Below are positions 39,663 to 49,031 of a stretch of 64,000 nt of DNA, in pieces (positions within the stretch are counted from its first letter, which is position 1; the number at the start of each line of letters is the position of its first letter). The notes under the pieces are model-generated. The model had not been told where the DNA came from and made no database searches. It saw only the letters and a program-made list of their open reading frames with translations. The position numbers and the translations under genes were made by a program. Origin of the DNA: an uncultured Chloroflexia bacterium (lineage in GTDB: Bacteria; Chloroflexota; Limnocylindria; QHBO01); NCBI GenBank assembly GCA_963812115.1, contig CAWEUD010000005.1, positions 64,048 through 128,047 of the forward strand. The letters run 5' to 3'.

Positions 39663-41084
39663 CTAGGCGGATGCCTCCGGGTCCACGCCCGCCTCGCGAA
39701 GGGCTTCCTCGAGGCTGATCTCGCGCTTCGCGACGCGCAGCTTCAGCTCCGACGGCAGCCCCTGCATCAGCGCCAGCTTGCGCTGTGATTCGGCCTTGCG
39801 CTGCTCCTTCGGATCGAGGTCCGCCGGCGCTGCATCCCCGCTCGAGAGCGGCCGTGCCGGTTGTGCGCTGCCGGTCTCCTCGACGGCAGCCTCGGCCTTC
39901 TGCGCCGAAAGGTCGTCGGGTTGGTGCTGGGTCCGTGGATCGCGGCCGCTCTCGCTGATCACGACGTCGCCGGCGGCGACCGGAGCGCCGGCAGGCGCGC
40001 TGGCCCCGGTACGCAGCCACTCGGGGATCTGGATCCCGGCGCTGGCAAGCGCCTCGAGCAGGGTGAGCTCCTTGCGGGCGACCTGCATCTTCACGTCCGC
40101 GGAGAGCTGGCCCATCAGCTTGGCCCGCTCCTGCGACTCGGCGCGGCGGTGTGCCTTCTCGTCGTCGTCGGCCATGGGCGCCTTGGCGGTCGCACCGGCG
40201 GCACCGGGCGACTCGGTGGCCGATGCCATCGGTCCAGTCGGCTGCGCCGGCAGGTCATCGGGACGTGCGGGAGCCGATGTCGTGCTGGACCCGTTGCCGT
40301 TCGTGGATCCCGCGGCGCCATCGGCCTTCGGGTAGAGGACGCCGATCTCGAACGGGTTGAGGCGCTCGGCATCCTTCGCGGCGCGCTTGTAGGTCTTGCG
40401 GTAGAAGGTGAGCATCTCGTTGGCGCTGGCGAAGCCGATGCGCCGGCCGTTGTTCTCGATGCACTGGCTGGTGATGTCCACGAAGCTGAAGCCGTCGTGC
40501 TCAACCGCCTCGCGAATCACGTTGCGCATGTGCTGCTGGTGGTACACCGTCGTCTTGGCGTAGAGCGAATGCGGCGACGAGCGCACCAGGCCCTGGAGGT
40601 TGATGGGCGTATTCGGGTTGCCGGCCGGGCTGGAGAGCGTCTTGGTGCCCGACGGCGTGGTCGGACCGGTCTGGCCGCCGGTGAGCCCGTAGATCTCGTT
40701 GTTGTTGCAGAGCACCGTCAGGCGGGCGTTGCGGCGGATGGCGTGGATGAGGTGGTTGCCGCCGATGCTGGCCGTGTCCCCGTCCCCTGAGACCACGATC
40801 ACATGCATCTCCGGGCGCACCGTCTTGATCGCCTCGGCGACCGGCAGCGTCCTGCCGTGCAGCGTGTAGACGCTCTCGTACTTCATGTAGCTGCCCATGC
40901 GCCCGGTGCAGCCGATGCCGGTCACGACGATGGTGTTCGTCTCGTCCATGCCCATCTCCTCGAGCACCATCGCCAGCTGGATCATGATCGTGCCGATGCC
41001 GCAGCCCGGGCACCAGATGGTCGGGAAGAGGTCGACCTTCAGGTTGTTCTTGAACCCCATCTCGGCCATCACCGCCTCGGGCAT
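39663..41084 (-). CDS. korB: 2-oxoacid:ferredoxin oxidoreductase beta subunit with ~200-aa C-terminal extension
   Basis: 'WCPGCG', 'GIGCTGR', 'HGRTLP', TPP motif 'GDGDTASIGGNH..NNEIYGLTGGQ', 'SQC'. Confidence 0.9.
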   Translation of the reverse strand: MPEAVMAEMGFKNNLKVDLFPTIWCPGCGIGTIMIQLAMVLEEMGMDETNTIVVTGIGCTGRMGSYMKYESVYTLHGRTLPVAEAIKTVRPEMHVIVVSGDGDTASIGGNHLIHAIRRNARLTVLCNNNEIYGLTGGQTGPTTPSGTKTLSSPAGNPNTPINLQGLVRSSPHSLYAKTTVYHQQHMRNVIREAVEHDGFSFVDITSQCIENNGRRIGFASANEMLTFYRKTYKRAAKDAERLNPFEIGVLYPKADGAAGSTNGNGSSTTSAPARPDDLPAQPTGPMASATESPGAAGATAKAPMADDDEKAHRRAESQERAKLMGQLSADVKMQVARKELTLLEALASAGIQIPEWLRTGASAPAGAPVAAGDVVISESGRDPRTQHQPDDLSAQKAEAAVEETGSAQPARPLSSGDAAPADLDPKEQRKAESQRKLALMQGLPSELKLRVAKREISLEEALREAGVDPEASA

Positions 41085-42224
41085 CAGCCGATCCCCAAGG
41101 GCGAGCGAGGCACGGCCGCGACAGGCGGTGCCGGAATCGGCGGCTCGGAGGGCCCGCCCGACAGGACGCGCTCCAGGCCGTCGCGGACCGCTTCGAGCGA
41201 TACCCGCCCACCGAGCAGCGGAACGCGCTTGACCTCGCGGCCGAGGGCCAGCTGCGCCATGTCGGCGTACTGGCCGTCGTTCGCCTCGACGCAGACGATC
41301 TGCTCGTACCGGTCGGCGATCTCCTTCAGCTCGTCGGAAAGCATGGGATGGATTCGGATCGGCCGGAAGAGCGCGTACTCGCTGGCCAGCGGAGCCGCCA
41401 CGCGGCTGACGATCCCGTAGGCGATCATCAGGGTCTTGGCATCCACGTTCCAGCCGTGCTCGTAGAACGCGTAGCGCTTCGCGACTTCGGCGTGCCGGTG
41501 CTTGGCGGCGTAGAACTGGCGCAGGTACTCGTCGGCGTCGGCGGTCGCGGGCTCGCCGGCGTTCGGGCCCGTGCTCGTACATCAGCACGCCGGCGAAGAA
41601 GCGCGGCTTCCCCGGCTCGTGCTTTCCCAGCGGCGGGATGCTGCGCTCGACCACGCGGAGGCCATCGCGGAGCTCATCGAGGTCCACCACCTCGTTGAGG
41701 TGGCCGACGAACGTGTCGGTCAGGACGACGACCGGGCTGCGCGACTCCTCGGCCGCGTTGAAGGCCTCGACGGTGATGCGGAAGGCCTCCGCCACGCCGT
41801 TCGGGTAGAAGGCGAGCGGACTGTAGTCGCCGGTGCTGCCGTACCTGACCTGCATGATGTCGCCCTGGCCCGGCATCGTCGGCATGCCAGTCGCCGGACC
41901 CACGCGCTGCACGTTTACGAACACGGTCGGGATGCCAACCTTCTGCCCGTAGCCGACCGCCTCCTGCATCAGGCTGAAGCCCGGGCCGCTGGTGGCGGTG
42001 AAGGATTTTGCGCCCGCGAGCGAGGCGCCCATGATCGCGTTCGCGCTGGCGATCTCGTCCTCCTCCTGGAGGAAGCGGAACTCGGGGTGCTCACTGGCCC
42101 AGCCGGAGGCGACGTTCAGGATCTCGGTGGACGGAGAGATGGGATAGCCGGCGTAGTAGCTGGCCCCTGCCGCGACCGCTCCGCGGAAGACGGCTTCATT
42201 ACCCTGGGTCAGCTTCCGCGTCAT
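41084..42224 (-). CDS. korA: 2-oxoacid:ferredoxin oxidoreductase alpha subunit, frameshifted near 41567
   Basis: 'GNEA', 'GYPISPSTE', 'QEEDEIA', 'ATSGPGFSLMQE', 'RVGPATGMPT'; C-half 'IAYGIVSR', 'VEANDGQY' in the +1 frame. Confidence 0.9.
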
Positions 42225-42520
42225 TCGGCCTTCCCCTTGGCCTCGTGGGCGGCGACCGCCGAGGGAATCATTTCGATGGCGAGGTCCGGGCAGTAGCGCT
42301 CGCAGAGGCCGCAGAGGATGCAGTTCTGCTCCTCGATGATGGCGTCGTTGCGCAGGACGAGGGTGTCCTTCGGACAGATCTCGACGCAGATGTCGCACCG
42401 CTTGCAGAAGACGGGGTTCCAGCTGATGTTGGCGTAGTCAACCCAGCGAATGCCGTCCTTGTGGTCGTCGGAGATGCTGGAGCCGAAGCCGATGGCCCCC
42501 GAAGCTCGGTCTCGTGTCAT
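42221..42520 (-). CDS. korD: 2x[4Fe-4S] ferredoxin-like delta subunit
   Basis: 'CKRCDICVEICP', 'CILCGLCERYCPDLAI'; ATGA overlap with korA. Confidence 0.87.
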   Translation of the reverse strand: MTRDRASGAIGFGSSISDDHKDGIRWVDYANISWNPVFCKRCDICVEICPKDTLVLRNDAIIEEQNCILCGLCERYCPDLAIEMIPSAVAAHEAKGKAE

Positions 42521-42589
42521 GTACGAGCCATGTTACGAGGATCATCGCGACCCTGTCGCGCACGCCGCGCGCCGGAGGGACCGCCTCGC

Positions 42590-42606
42590 CTTCATCGGGG
42601 CTTCAT
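42590..42606 (+). promoter_or_regulatory. Possible OmpR-type tandem box
   Basis: CTTCAT repeated at 42590 and 42601 (11-bp period) just upstream of the response regulator. Confidence 0.4.
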
Positions 42607-42629
42607 GATGCAGACATACTGTCCGGACC

Positions 42630-43352
42630 ATGGCCACCGTCCTGCTCGTCGACGACGACCCGAAGATCCGCGACCTGCTCCGCCTCTACGTCGAGCGGGA
42701 GGGTCACCGCGCCCTCTTCGCGGCCGACGGCGAGGCGGCGCTGGACACCGCGCTGCGATCGCGTCCCGACCTCATCGTGCTGGACGTGATGCTGCCAGGC
42801 CTGGACGGGTTCGAGGTCTGCCGGCGCATCCGCGACGAGTCAGACGTCCCCATCCTGCTGCTCACCGCGCGCAGCGGGGAGGGCGACAAGGTCATCGGGC
42901 TGGACATGGGCGCGGATGACTACGTCGTCAAGCCGTTCAGCCCGCGGGAGCTGATGGCCCGCGTCCGGGCACTCCTGCGCCGACGGCGCCTCGAGGCGGA
43001 GCAAGAGGAGCCGGTGCTGGTGGCGAATGGGCTTGTGGTGGATCCGAACGCCGTGGAAGTCCGCCTCGATGGCCACGTGCTGGATCTCACCCCCTTCGAG
43101 TTCCGGATCCTCCGCGGGTTGATGCGCCGGCCGGGACGTGTCTTCACCCGCGACGAGCTGATCGACGCCGTCCACGGCCACGACGATCCGGGAATCATCG
43201 ACCGCACCATCGATGTGCATCTGGGCCGCCTCCGGCGCAAGCTCGGGGACGATCCTGCGCAGCCGCGCTTCATCGCCACTGTCCGCACAGTCGGCTACAA
43301 GTTCGTCGCCGCGGTGGAGCAGCGCGAGGCGACTCCCCTCGCGCCGGCCTGA
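42630..43352 (+). CDS. OmpR-family response regulator
   Basis: 'LLVDDD', 'VLDVMLPG', 'GADDYVVKPF', 'RTIDVHLGRLRRKL', 'TVRTVGYKF'. Confidence 0.95.
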   Translation: MATVLLVDDDPKIRDLLRLYVEREGHRALFAADGEAALDTALRSRPDLIVLDVMLPGLDGFEVCRRIRDESDVPILLLTARSGEGDKVIGLDMGADDYVVKPFSPRELMARVRALLRRRRLEAEQEEPVLVANGLVVDPNAVEVRLDGHVLDLTPFEFRILRGLMRRPGRVFTRDELIDAVHGHDDPGIIDRTIDVHLGRLRRKLGDDPAQPRFIATVRTVGYKFVAAVEQREATPLAPA

Positions 43353-43355
43353 CCG

Positions 43356-44435
43356 ATGCCGACGCTCCGCTTCCGCCTGATCGTCACCTTCCTGCTGCTC
43401 AGCCTGGCGGTCGCGGGCGTGATGTTCGTGGCGGTCCAGCAGTTCAGCTCGGAGCAGATCATGCACCTGGCCATGGCCGCCGGCTCGTCAGAGGACGCCG
43501 CGCAGGCGATGTTCGACCAGTACATCGGTCGCGTGCTGCTCATCGGGGCGGGCGTCGGCGTGGCCCTGGGCGGCCTCGCGGCCTGGTGGCTCCTGCGCCG
43601 GATCCTGCTGCCCCTGGAACGGCTCACCAGCGCGACCCGGGCGATCGCTGCCGGCGACCTCGCAGCCCGGGTGCCGAAGGCCCCCGACCCGGAGATCCAG
43701 AGCCTCGCCGATGCCTTCAACCAGATGGCCGCCACCCTCCAGCGGGTGCAGGAGCTGCGCCGGACGCTGGTCGAGGACGTCGCGCACGAGCTGCGGACCC
43801 CGCTGACGTCGCTGCAGGGATACCTGGAGGCCATGACCGATGGCGTGGTCGAGCCCACGCCGGAGATGCTCCGCTCTGTTCACGAGGAGATCGTCCGCCT
43901 GACCCGGCTGGTCGATGCGCTGGACCGCCTTGCCCGCGGCGAGTCGACGGACGGCGCCTTGGCGCAGGCTCGCGCCGAGGTCCACCTCGAGGTCATCGTC
44001 CAGCGCGCCGTGCAGATCTATTCGCCGGATCTCGCGAGCCGTCGGATCGACGTGCGGATCGAGGACGAGGAGGCGCTGCCAGTCCTCCTCGGCGAGCCCG
44101 ACGCCATCGGGCAGGTGGTGACCAACCTCGTCCAGAACGCCGCGCGCTACACGGACGACGGCGGCCAGATCACCGTCCGGCTGGGCGCCGAGGACGGCTG
44201 GGTCCGGTGCGCCATCGAGAACACCGGAGCCGAGATCCCGGCGAATGAGCTGCCCTTCATCTGGGAGCGCCTGTACCGCGTCGATCCTTCGCGAACCCGC
44301 GAGAGCGGGGGGGCGGGCATCGGCCTGGCGATCGTCCGCCAGATCGTGGAGGCACACGGGGGGCAGGTGGGCGCGCGGTCGGGCGGCGGCCGGACCGAGA
44401 TCTGGTTCCGCCTGCCGGTCGCAGCCGCCGGCTGA
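43356..44435 (+). CDS. Sensor histidine kinase (BaeS-like)
   Basis: HAMP; 'DVAHELRTPL'; 'NLVQNAARY'; 'GGAGIGLAIV'. Confidence 0.93.
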   Translation: MPTLRFRLIVTFLLLSLAVAGVMFVAVQQFSSEQIMHLAMAAGSSEDAAQAMFDQYIGRVLLIGAGVGVALGGLAAWWLLRRILLPLERLTSATRAIAAGDLAARVPKAPDPEIQSLADAFNQMAATLQRVQELRRTLVEDVAHELRTPLTSLQGYLEAMTDGVVEPTPEMLRSVHEEIVRLTRLVDALDRLARGESTDGALAQARAEVHLEVIVQRAVQIYSPDLASRRIDVRIEDEEALPVLLGEPDAIGQVVTNLVQNAARYTDDGGQITVRLGAEDGWVRCAIENTGAEIPANELPFIWERLYRVDPSRTRESGGAGIGLAIVRQIVEAHGGQVGARSGGGRTEIWFRLPVAAAG

Positions 44436-45435
44436 CGCCGTCGGGATCGCTACCGGCGGGCGGGCGGCGGCGCAACGCTACGCCGACCAGCGCGAGCAGG
44501 ACGACGAGTCCGGCGCCGGCGGCCAACACCGCGGCTGGTGCGACGCCGAAGGGGTCGCCACCGGATGCTGCGTCGGGTGAGCTGGTGGCAACCGGCGACG
44601 CGCTGGGCGTCGGTGGCGGCGTGGGCGTGGCGGTCGGCTTCGGGGTTGGGGTGGGCGATGGCGTGGGAGAAGGCGTTGGCGTGGCGGTGGGGATCGGTTC
44701 CAGGTTGGTGTCCAGCTGGGTGAAGTTCGTCCAGAGATACTCACGGATGGTCAACCCGGAATCGTGGACGGCCCTGGCGACCTCGCGGCCGAGGTAGCGG
44801 TAGTGCCACGGCTCGTAGTGGAAGCAGGTGGCCTGCGAGAAGATCGCGCCACCCTCGCCCAGCGGGTAGCTCAGCACCCAGCCGTACTGCCAGCTGTTGT
44901 CGTACATCCAGCGCCCCGTTGGCGTGGTGTACCAGTCGCCCTGCAGCGCGCTCGGGCCGCCGAGGGCCTGGAAGTCGATCGTCAGGCCGAGCTGGTGCTC
45001 CGAGTGGCCGGGTCGCATGGAGTACGTGCTCGCGTCCTCGTAGCCGTCCACCGCGACCCAGCCGTTGAACGACGCAACCTGGTCCTGGTAGCTCCGGTAC
45101 GGGCTGTTGACCTCGATGGGCGTGCCGTTCGCGGCCGCCGCCTCGGTCATGGCCCGCAGGTCGTCGATCGCCACCTCGCGGATCAGACCCGGGCCCGCGA
45201 TGCCCGCCTCGCTGACGGAGACCAGGTCGGGCGGGACGTAGTCCTCCTCCACGCGCAGGATCCAGTCCACCAGGGTATGGCTCCAGTCGTCGTAGCCGCG
45301 CGGGACGGTCAGGACGTCGTCCAGCCGACAGTCGGGAAGCGGGCCGATCGCGCGCGCGTGACGCGGGAGTTGGCCCAAGCCGGCGAGCAGCAGGGCTACA
45401 GCGACGAGGGCGGCGAGGGAGAGGCGCGTGCGCAT
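44257..45435 (-). CDS. M15B D-alanyl-D-alanine carboxypeptidase (VanY-like) with PT linker and C-terminal TM; 3' end uncertain
   Basis: Signal peptide; 'SPYRSY', 'PGHSEHQLGLTIDF', 'YEPWHYRY'; the tail overlapping the HK gene by ~180 nt is doubtful. Confidence 0.87.
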   Translation of the reverse strand: MRTRLSLAALVAVALLLAGLGQLPRHARAIGPLPDCRLDDVLTVPRGYDDWSHTLVDWILRVEEDYVPPDLVSVSEAGIAGPGLIREVAIDDLRAMTEAAAANGTPIEVNSPYRSYQDQVASFNGWVAVDGYEDASTYSMRPGHSEHQLGLTIDFQALGGPSALQGDWYTTPTGRWMYDNSWQYGWVLSYPLGEGGAIFSQATCFHYEPWHYRYLGREVARAVHDSGLTIREYLWTNFTQLDTNLEPIPTATPTPSPTPSPTPTPKPTATPTPPPTPSASPVATSSPDAASGGDPFGVAPAAVLAAGAGLVVLLALVGVALRRRPPAGSDPDGVSRRLRPAGGTRSRSGRRPTARPPAPRVPPRSGGRSPGRCPPPRSRGFAKDRRGTGAPR

Positions 45436-45479
45436 CGGGCAGAGAACCGCGGGCGGAATGAGCCCCTACGATAGCGCGC

Positions 45480-47102
45480 GTGAAACACCGATTGCGATTC
45501 CGACTGACGAGTGCCGTCGCCGCGATGGCGCTCCTCGCCGGCTGCGGCGACGCGACGCCAACCCCCACGCCGTCGGCCACCGGCACGCCGGCCGCGACGC
45601 TCGCGCCTTCCCCTTCGCCGACCGAGGCGCCGTCGCCGACGCCTGCCATTCCCTCCCCCTTCCCGCTGGCGGTCGTCACCGGCCTCACGAACCTGACGGC
45701 CAACATCAACCTCGACGAGCTTGCCCTGCTCGCCGCCAGCGGCGATCTCTGGATGCCGTGCGGCGTCCAGGTCGACCCACCCGAGCTGCAGTCGACCGAG
45801 CCCGTCTGCCACGCCGCGGATGAGATCGCGGCCTCCATCCAGGACGACCAGGAGGCGATCGCGCTCCTCCCGGCGGGCCTGGTGGAGCCCGCCACGAAGA
45901 TCCTCGCCATCACCGGCGATGGGCCGTACGGCATGTTCGGGCCGGATCTCTTCGGCGACCCCGAGTCGCGCGCCCTCCCCTACCCGATCACCGGCAGCGC
46001 CAGCGATCCGTCGCAGCTGCAACCGGCCTGGGTCGCCTACGACGCATCCGAGGTCTGGAACCTGACCTCCATCGGCAGCCTCTGCTCCGACCGCGGCGCC
46101 GCCTACCAGGCGGTGGTGCTGGGGAAGGGCTGGGACTGGGTCTTCGGCGGCGGCACGATGCAGTACAACGGGCCGCCCTACTTCAACCCCAACCCGCCGC
46201 CGGGCATCGACTCGATGCTCGTCGTGGGGCCGGTCGAGACCGGCAACGAGGGGCTCACAGCCTCGATCACGCGGCGCTCCGACGTTGCCCTGGCGGACCA
46301 CAAATGCCCGATCCTGCCGACCGCGCAGTGGCAGCCGAACCTGAACGGCCCGCCCAGCCTCTCGGTGCCTGAGGCGGTCGTTCCGCACTGGCAGGACCAG
46401 CTCGGCATCGACGTCGTCTTCCTCGCGGCAGACCACCAGAGCGACCGCGGCAGCGCCGGGATCCTGTCCACCGTGGACATCCTGGATGCGCACGACGTGC
46501 CGCACACCGGGATCGGCAGGGACCTCGACCAGGCGCTCGAGCCTGCGTACGTGGAGGTGGCCGGGCTGACGGTCGCCTTCGTCTCCTGGAACGAGGTCCT
46601 GGGCCCTGTCCATGCCGCCCCGGGCACGCCGGGAGTTGCCTGGCTGAACCAGGAGAACGTCGACGCCGCGGTGCAGCGCGCGAAGGACGGCGGTGCGGAC
46701 GTGATCATCTGCGACCCGCAGTGGTGGGGCGGCGACGAGTACCACGGCGACCTGTGGGCCTCCCAGCAAGAGGCAGTGACCTGGATGGACGCGGCCGGCT
46801 GCGACCAGATCGTGGGTGGCGGCCTCCACGTCACCGGCGGCCTCTTCCTGCGCCAGACCGATGACGGCGTGCGCCTGGTGCAGGCCGGTCCGGGGAACTA
46901 CGTCTACGGGCAGAACTACCGGCAGGACGTCCAGGAGGGCGTGATCATGGACATGACCTTTGCGGGCACGACGCTCGTCAACGTCCGCTTCCACCCCTAC
47001 GTCATGCTGCTGAACTCGCGCGCCGGGATGACCGATCCGGAAGGCGACGGCAGCTACGTCCTGCATCGGATGTGGGAATTCTCGGACCTGGACTACCGTT
47101 GA
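45480..47102 (+). CDS. CapA/PGA_cap-like lipoprotein, paralog 1
   Basis: Lipobox LAGC; PT linker; 'LAADHQSDRG', 'QWWGGDEY', 'GGGLHV', 'GPGNYVYGQ'. Confidence 0.8.
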   Translation: MKHRLRFRLTSAVAAMALLAGCGDATPTPTPSATGTPAATLAPSPSPTEAPSPTPAIPSPFPLAVVTGLTNLTANINLDELALLAASGDLWMPCGVQVDPPELQSTEPVCHAADEIAASIQDDQEAIALLPAGLVEPATKILAITGDGPYGMFGPDLFGDPESRALPYPITGSASDPSQLQPAWVAYDASEVWNLTSIGSLCSDRGAAYQAVVLGKGWDWVFGGGTMQYNGPPYFNPNPPPGIDSMLVVGPVETGNEGLTASITRRSDVALADHKCPILPTAQWQPNLNGPPSLSVPEAVVPHWQDQLGIDVVFLAADHQSDRGSAGILSTVDILDAHDVPHTGIGRDLDQALEPAYVEVAGLTVAFVSWNEVLGPVHAAPGTPGVAWLNQENVDAAVQRAKDGGADVIICDPQWWGGDEYHGDLWASQQEAVTWMDAAGCDQIVGGGLHVTGGLFLRQTDDGVRLVQAGPGNYVYGQNYRQDVQEGVIMDMTFAGTTLVNVRFHPYVMLLNSRAGMTDPEGDGSYVLHRMWEFSDLDYR

Positions 47103-48718
47103 ACGGCGGCCGCTACCGGTTGGCGGGCGTCCTGGCCGCGATCTCGCTGGTGGCCGCGTGCAGCGATGCGACCCCCGTTGCCAGCCCGACGGACGCCGGC
47201 ACGCCCGCAGCGGCGTCCGCTTCGCCCTCGCCGTCGGCGGCGCCGGACCCGACCGCGACGCCGGTCGCCCCCTACACGTTCCCGCTGGCGGTCGTCACCG
47301 GCCTCACCAACCTGAAGGCCGCCATCTCGCTCGACGAGCTCGTCGCACTGTCGGAGCGCGGGGACTTGATCGTGCCGTGCGGCGTGGAGGTCGGAGCGCT
47401 CGGCGTCACCGCCGACGCGTCATGCCTCCGGGCCGATGAGATCGCGGACGCGCTCGAGGCCGACCAGGCAGCGACGGCACTCCTCCCCGCCGGCCTGGTC
47501 GAGCCATCGACCAAGGTCCTGCGGATCGCGGGCGACGGCCCATTCGGGCTCTTCGGTCCCGACCTCTTCGGGGACTCGCAGGCTCGCGCCATGGACTATC
47601 CCGTGGTCGGCGCGGCGCTGCCTGGCGAGGCACGGCTCGATCGGTCATGGACCGAGTACGCGCCCTCCGAGGTCTGGACGCTGACCAACCTCGGCAGCCT
47701 GTGCGCCGATCGCGGGGCGGCCAGCGAGGCTGTGGCGCTGGGCAGGGGCTGGGCGTGGGCCTTCGACGGTGGGACGGCGCGCTACGCCGCGCCGCCGGTC
47801 GTCGATCCGCCGGACGACGGCCCGTACGTCCCGGTGCAGCCGGTGGAGACCGGCAACGACGGCGTCACCTCGGCGATCGTCGAGCGCTCCGACGTGGCGA
47901 TCGCAGATCACGAGTGCCCGGTCATCGAGTCGGCAACGTGGCAGCCGAACCTGAGCCACACCTCCTTCGCGTTCTCCGTCCCCGAGGATCTCCTCCCCTA
48001 CTGGCGCGACACGCTGGGCCTCGACGTGATCTACCTTGCCGCCAACCACATGAGCGACCACGGACCGCAGGGAATCCAGTCGACGCTCGACCTGCTCGAC
48101 GAGTACGGCCTCCCGAGGACCGGTCTTGGCATGGACCTTGACGAGGCGCTGGAGCCCGCATACGCCGAGGTCGCCGGGCTGAAGGTCGGCTTCGTGGCGT
48201 TCAACGATGTGTGGGGCGTCGCGGCCGCGGATGCCGGCACCCCGGGCGTAGCCTGGATCACCCAGGCCAACGTCAACGAGAGCGTCCGGCGAGCCAGGGA
48301 AGCCGGCGCCGACCTCGTCATCTGCAACCCGCAGTGGTGGGGCGGCGCCGAGTACCACGACGACCTGTGGCCGACGCAGGTCACCCAGCTCGGCTGGTTC
48401 GACCAGGCGGGGTGTGACCACGTCATCGGGTCGGGCACGCACGTGGCCGGACCACTGGTCCTCGAGGGCGCGCCGCAGGATGAGCGACTCGTCCTCGCCA
48501 GCCCCGGAAACTACATGTTCGGCCAGGGCTGGTGGCAGGAAACGCAGGAGGGCGTCATCCTGGAGATGACGTTCCGGGGCGCGACGCTGGTGAACGTCCG
48601 CCTGTACCCCACCGTCCAGGTGCTCCAGGCGCGCCCCGCGTTGCTTGATCCCGAGGGCGACGGCAGCTACGTGCTGGAGCGCATCTGGAAGTACGCGCAG
48701 GTGCAGATCACCCGCTGA
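47099..48718 (+). CDS. CapA/PGA_cap-like lipoprotein, paralog 2
   Basis: TTGA overlap; lipobox VAAC; 'LAANHMSDHG', 'QWWGGAEY', 'GSGTHV', 'SPGNYMFGQ'. Confidence 0.82.
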   Translation: MNGGRYRLAGVLAAISLVAACSDATPVASPTDAGTPAAASASPSPSAAPDPTATPVAPYTFPLAVVTGLTNLKAAISLDELVALSERGDLIVPCGVEVGALGVTADASCLRADEIADALEADQAATALLPAGLVEPSTKVLRIAGDGPFGLFGPDLFGDSQARAMDYPVVGAALPGEARLDRSWTEYAPSEVWTLTNLGSLCADRGAASEAVALGRGWAWAFDGGTARYAAPPVVDPPDDGPYVPVQPVETGNDGVTSAIVERSDVAIADHECPVIESATWQPNLSHTSFAFSVPEDLLPYWRDTLGLDVIYLAANHMSDHGPQGIQSTLDLLDEYGLPRTGLGMDLDEALEPAYAEVAGLKVGFVAFNDVWGVAAADAGTPGVAWITQANVNESVRRAREAGADLVICNPQWWGGAEYHDDLWPTQVTQLGWFDQAGCDHVIGSGTHVAGPLVLEGAPQDERLVLASPGNYMFGQGWWQETQEGVILEMTFRGATLVNVRLYPTVQVLQARPALLDPEGDGSYVLERIWKYAQVQITR

Positions 48719-48731
48719 GGCGGCGCACGCG

Positions 48732-49031
48732 TCAGCCGGAGCCCCGCGAGCCGAGCATCTCGGCCTCCCATTCGGGAAAGTAGCGGCCGATCACCGGCAG
48801 CTCGAACCGGCCAAGGATTGACCCGCGCGGCTCGCGCTCGAGCAGGAACTCGAAGGACCGATGTACCAGCTCGTCGGGCCGCTCGGCGTCGGGTCGGAGG
48901 CGAGAGAGCAGCTGGTCACTGACCGAGACTGCGTGTCGGGTGGCTCCGGCGTCGCTGCCAACCACCACGTCGCACTCCCAACCCTGCCCGCCGGGGCGGC
49001 AGGTCACCTTGATCTCGTCCCGCTCGCTCAT
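48732..49031 (-). CDS. Small conserved-looking hypothetical protein
   Basis: 'SFEFLLEREP..SIL..F.L..I..YFPEWE'; ATGA overlap with EamA gene. Confidence 0.7.
   Translation of the reverse strand: MSERDEIKVTCRPGGQGWECDVVVGSDAGATRHAVSVSDQLLSRLRPDAERPDELVHRSFEFLLEREPRGSILGRFELPVIGRYFPEWEAEMLGSRGSG

Noticed and set aside
39663-42398. 911-aa apparent KorA-KorB fusion ORF
   Set aside because: Artefact of the +1 shift at ~41567; the true KorA C-half is in the 41084-41446 frame and stops in an overlap with the korB start.
42630-45435. Glycopeptide-resistance van cluster
   Set aside because: No vanH, vanA or vanX; M15B peptidases and BaeS-like kinases are widespread.
45480-48718. Poly-gamma-glutamate capsule synthesis operon
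   Set aside because: No capB/capC ligase or membrane genes; CapA-like domains often occur alone.
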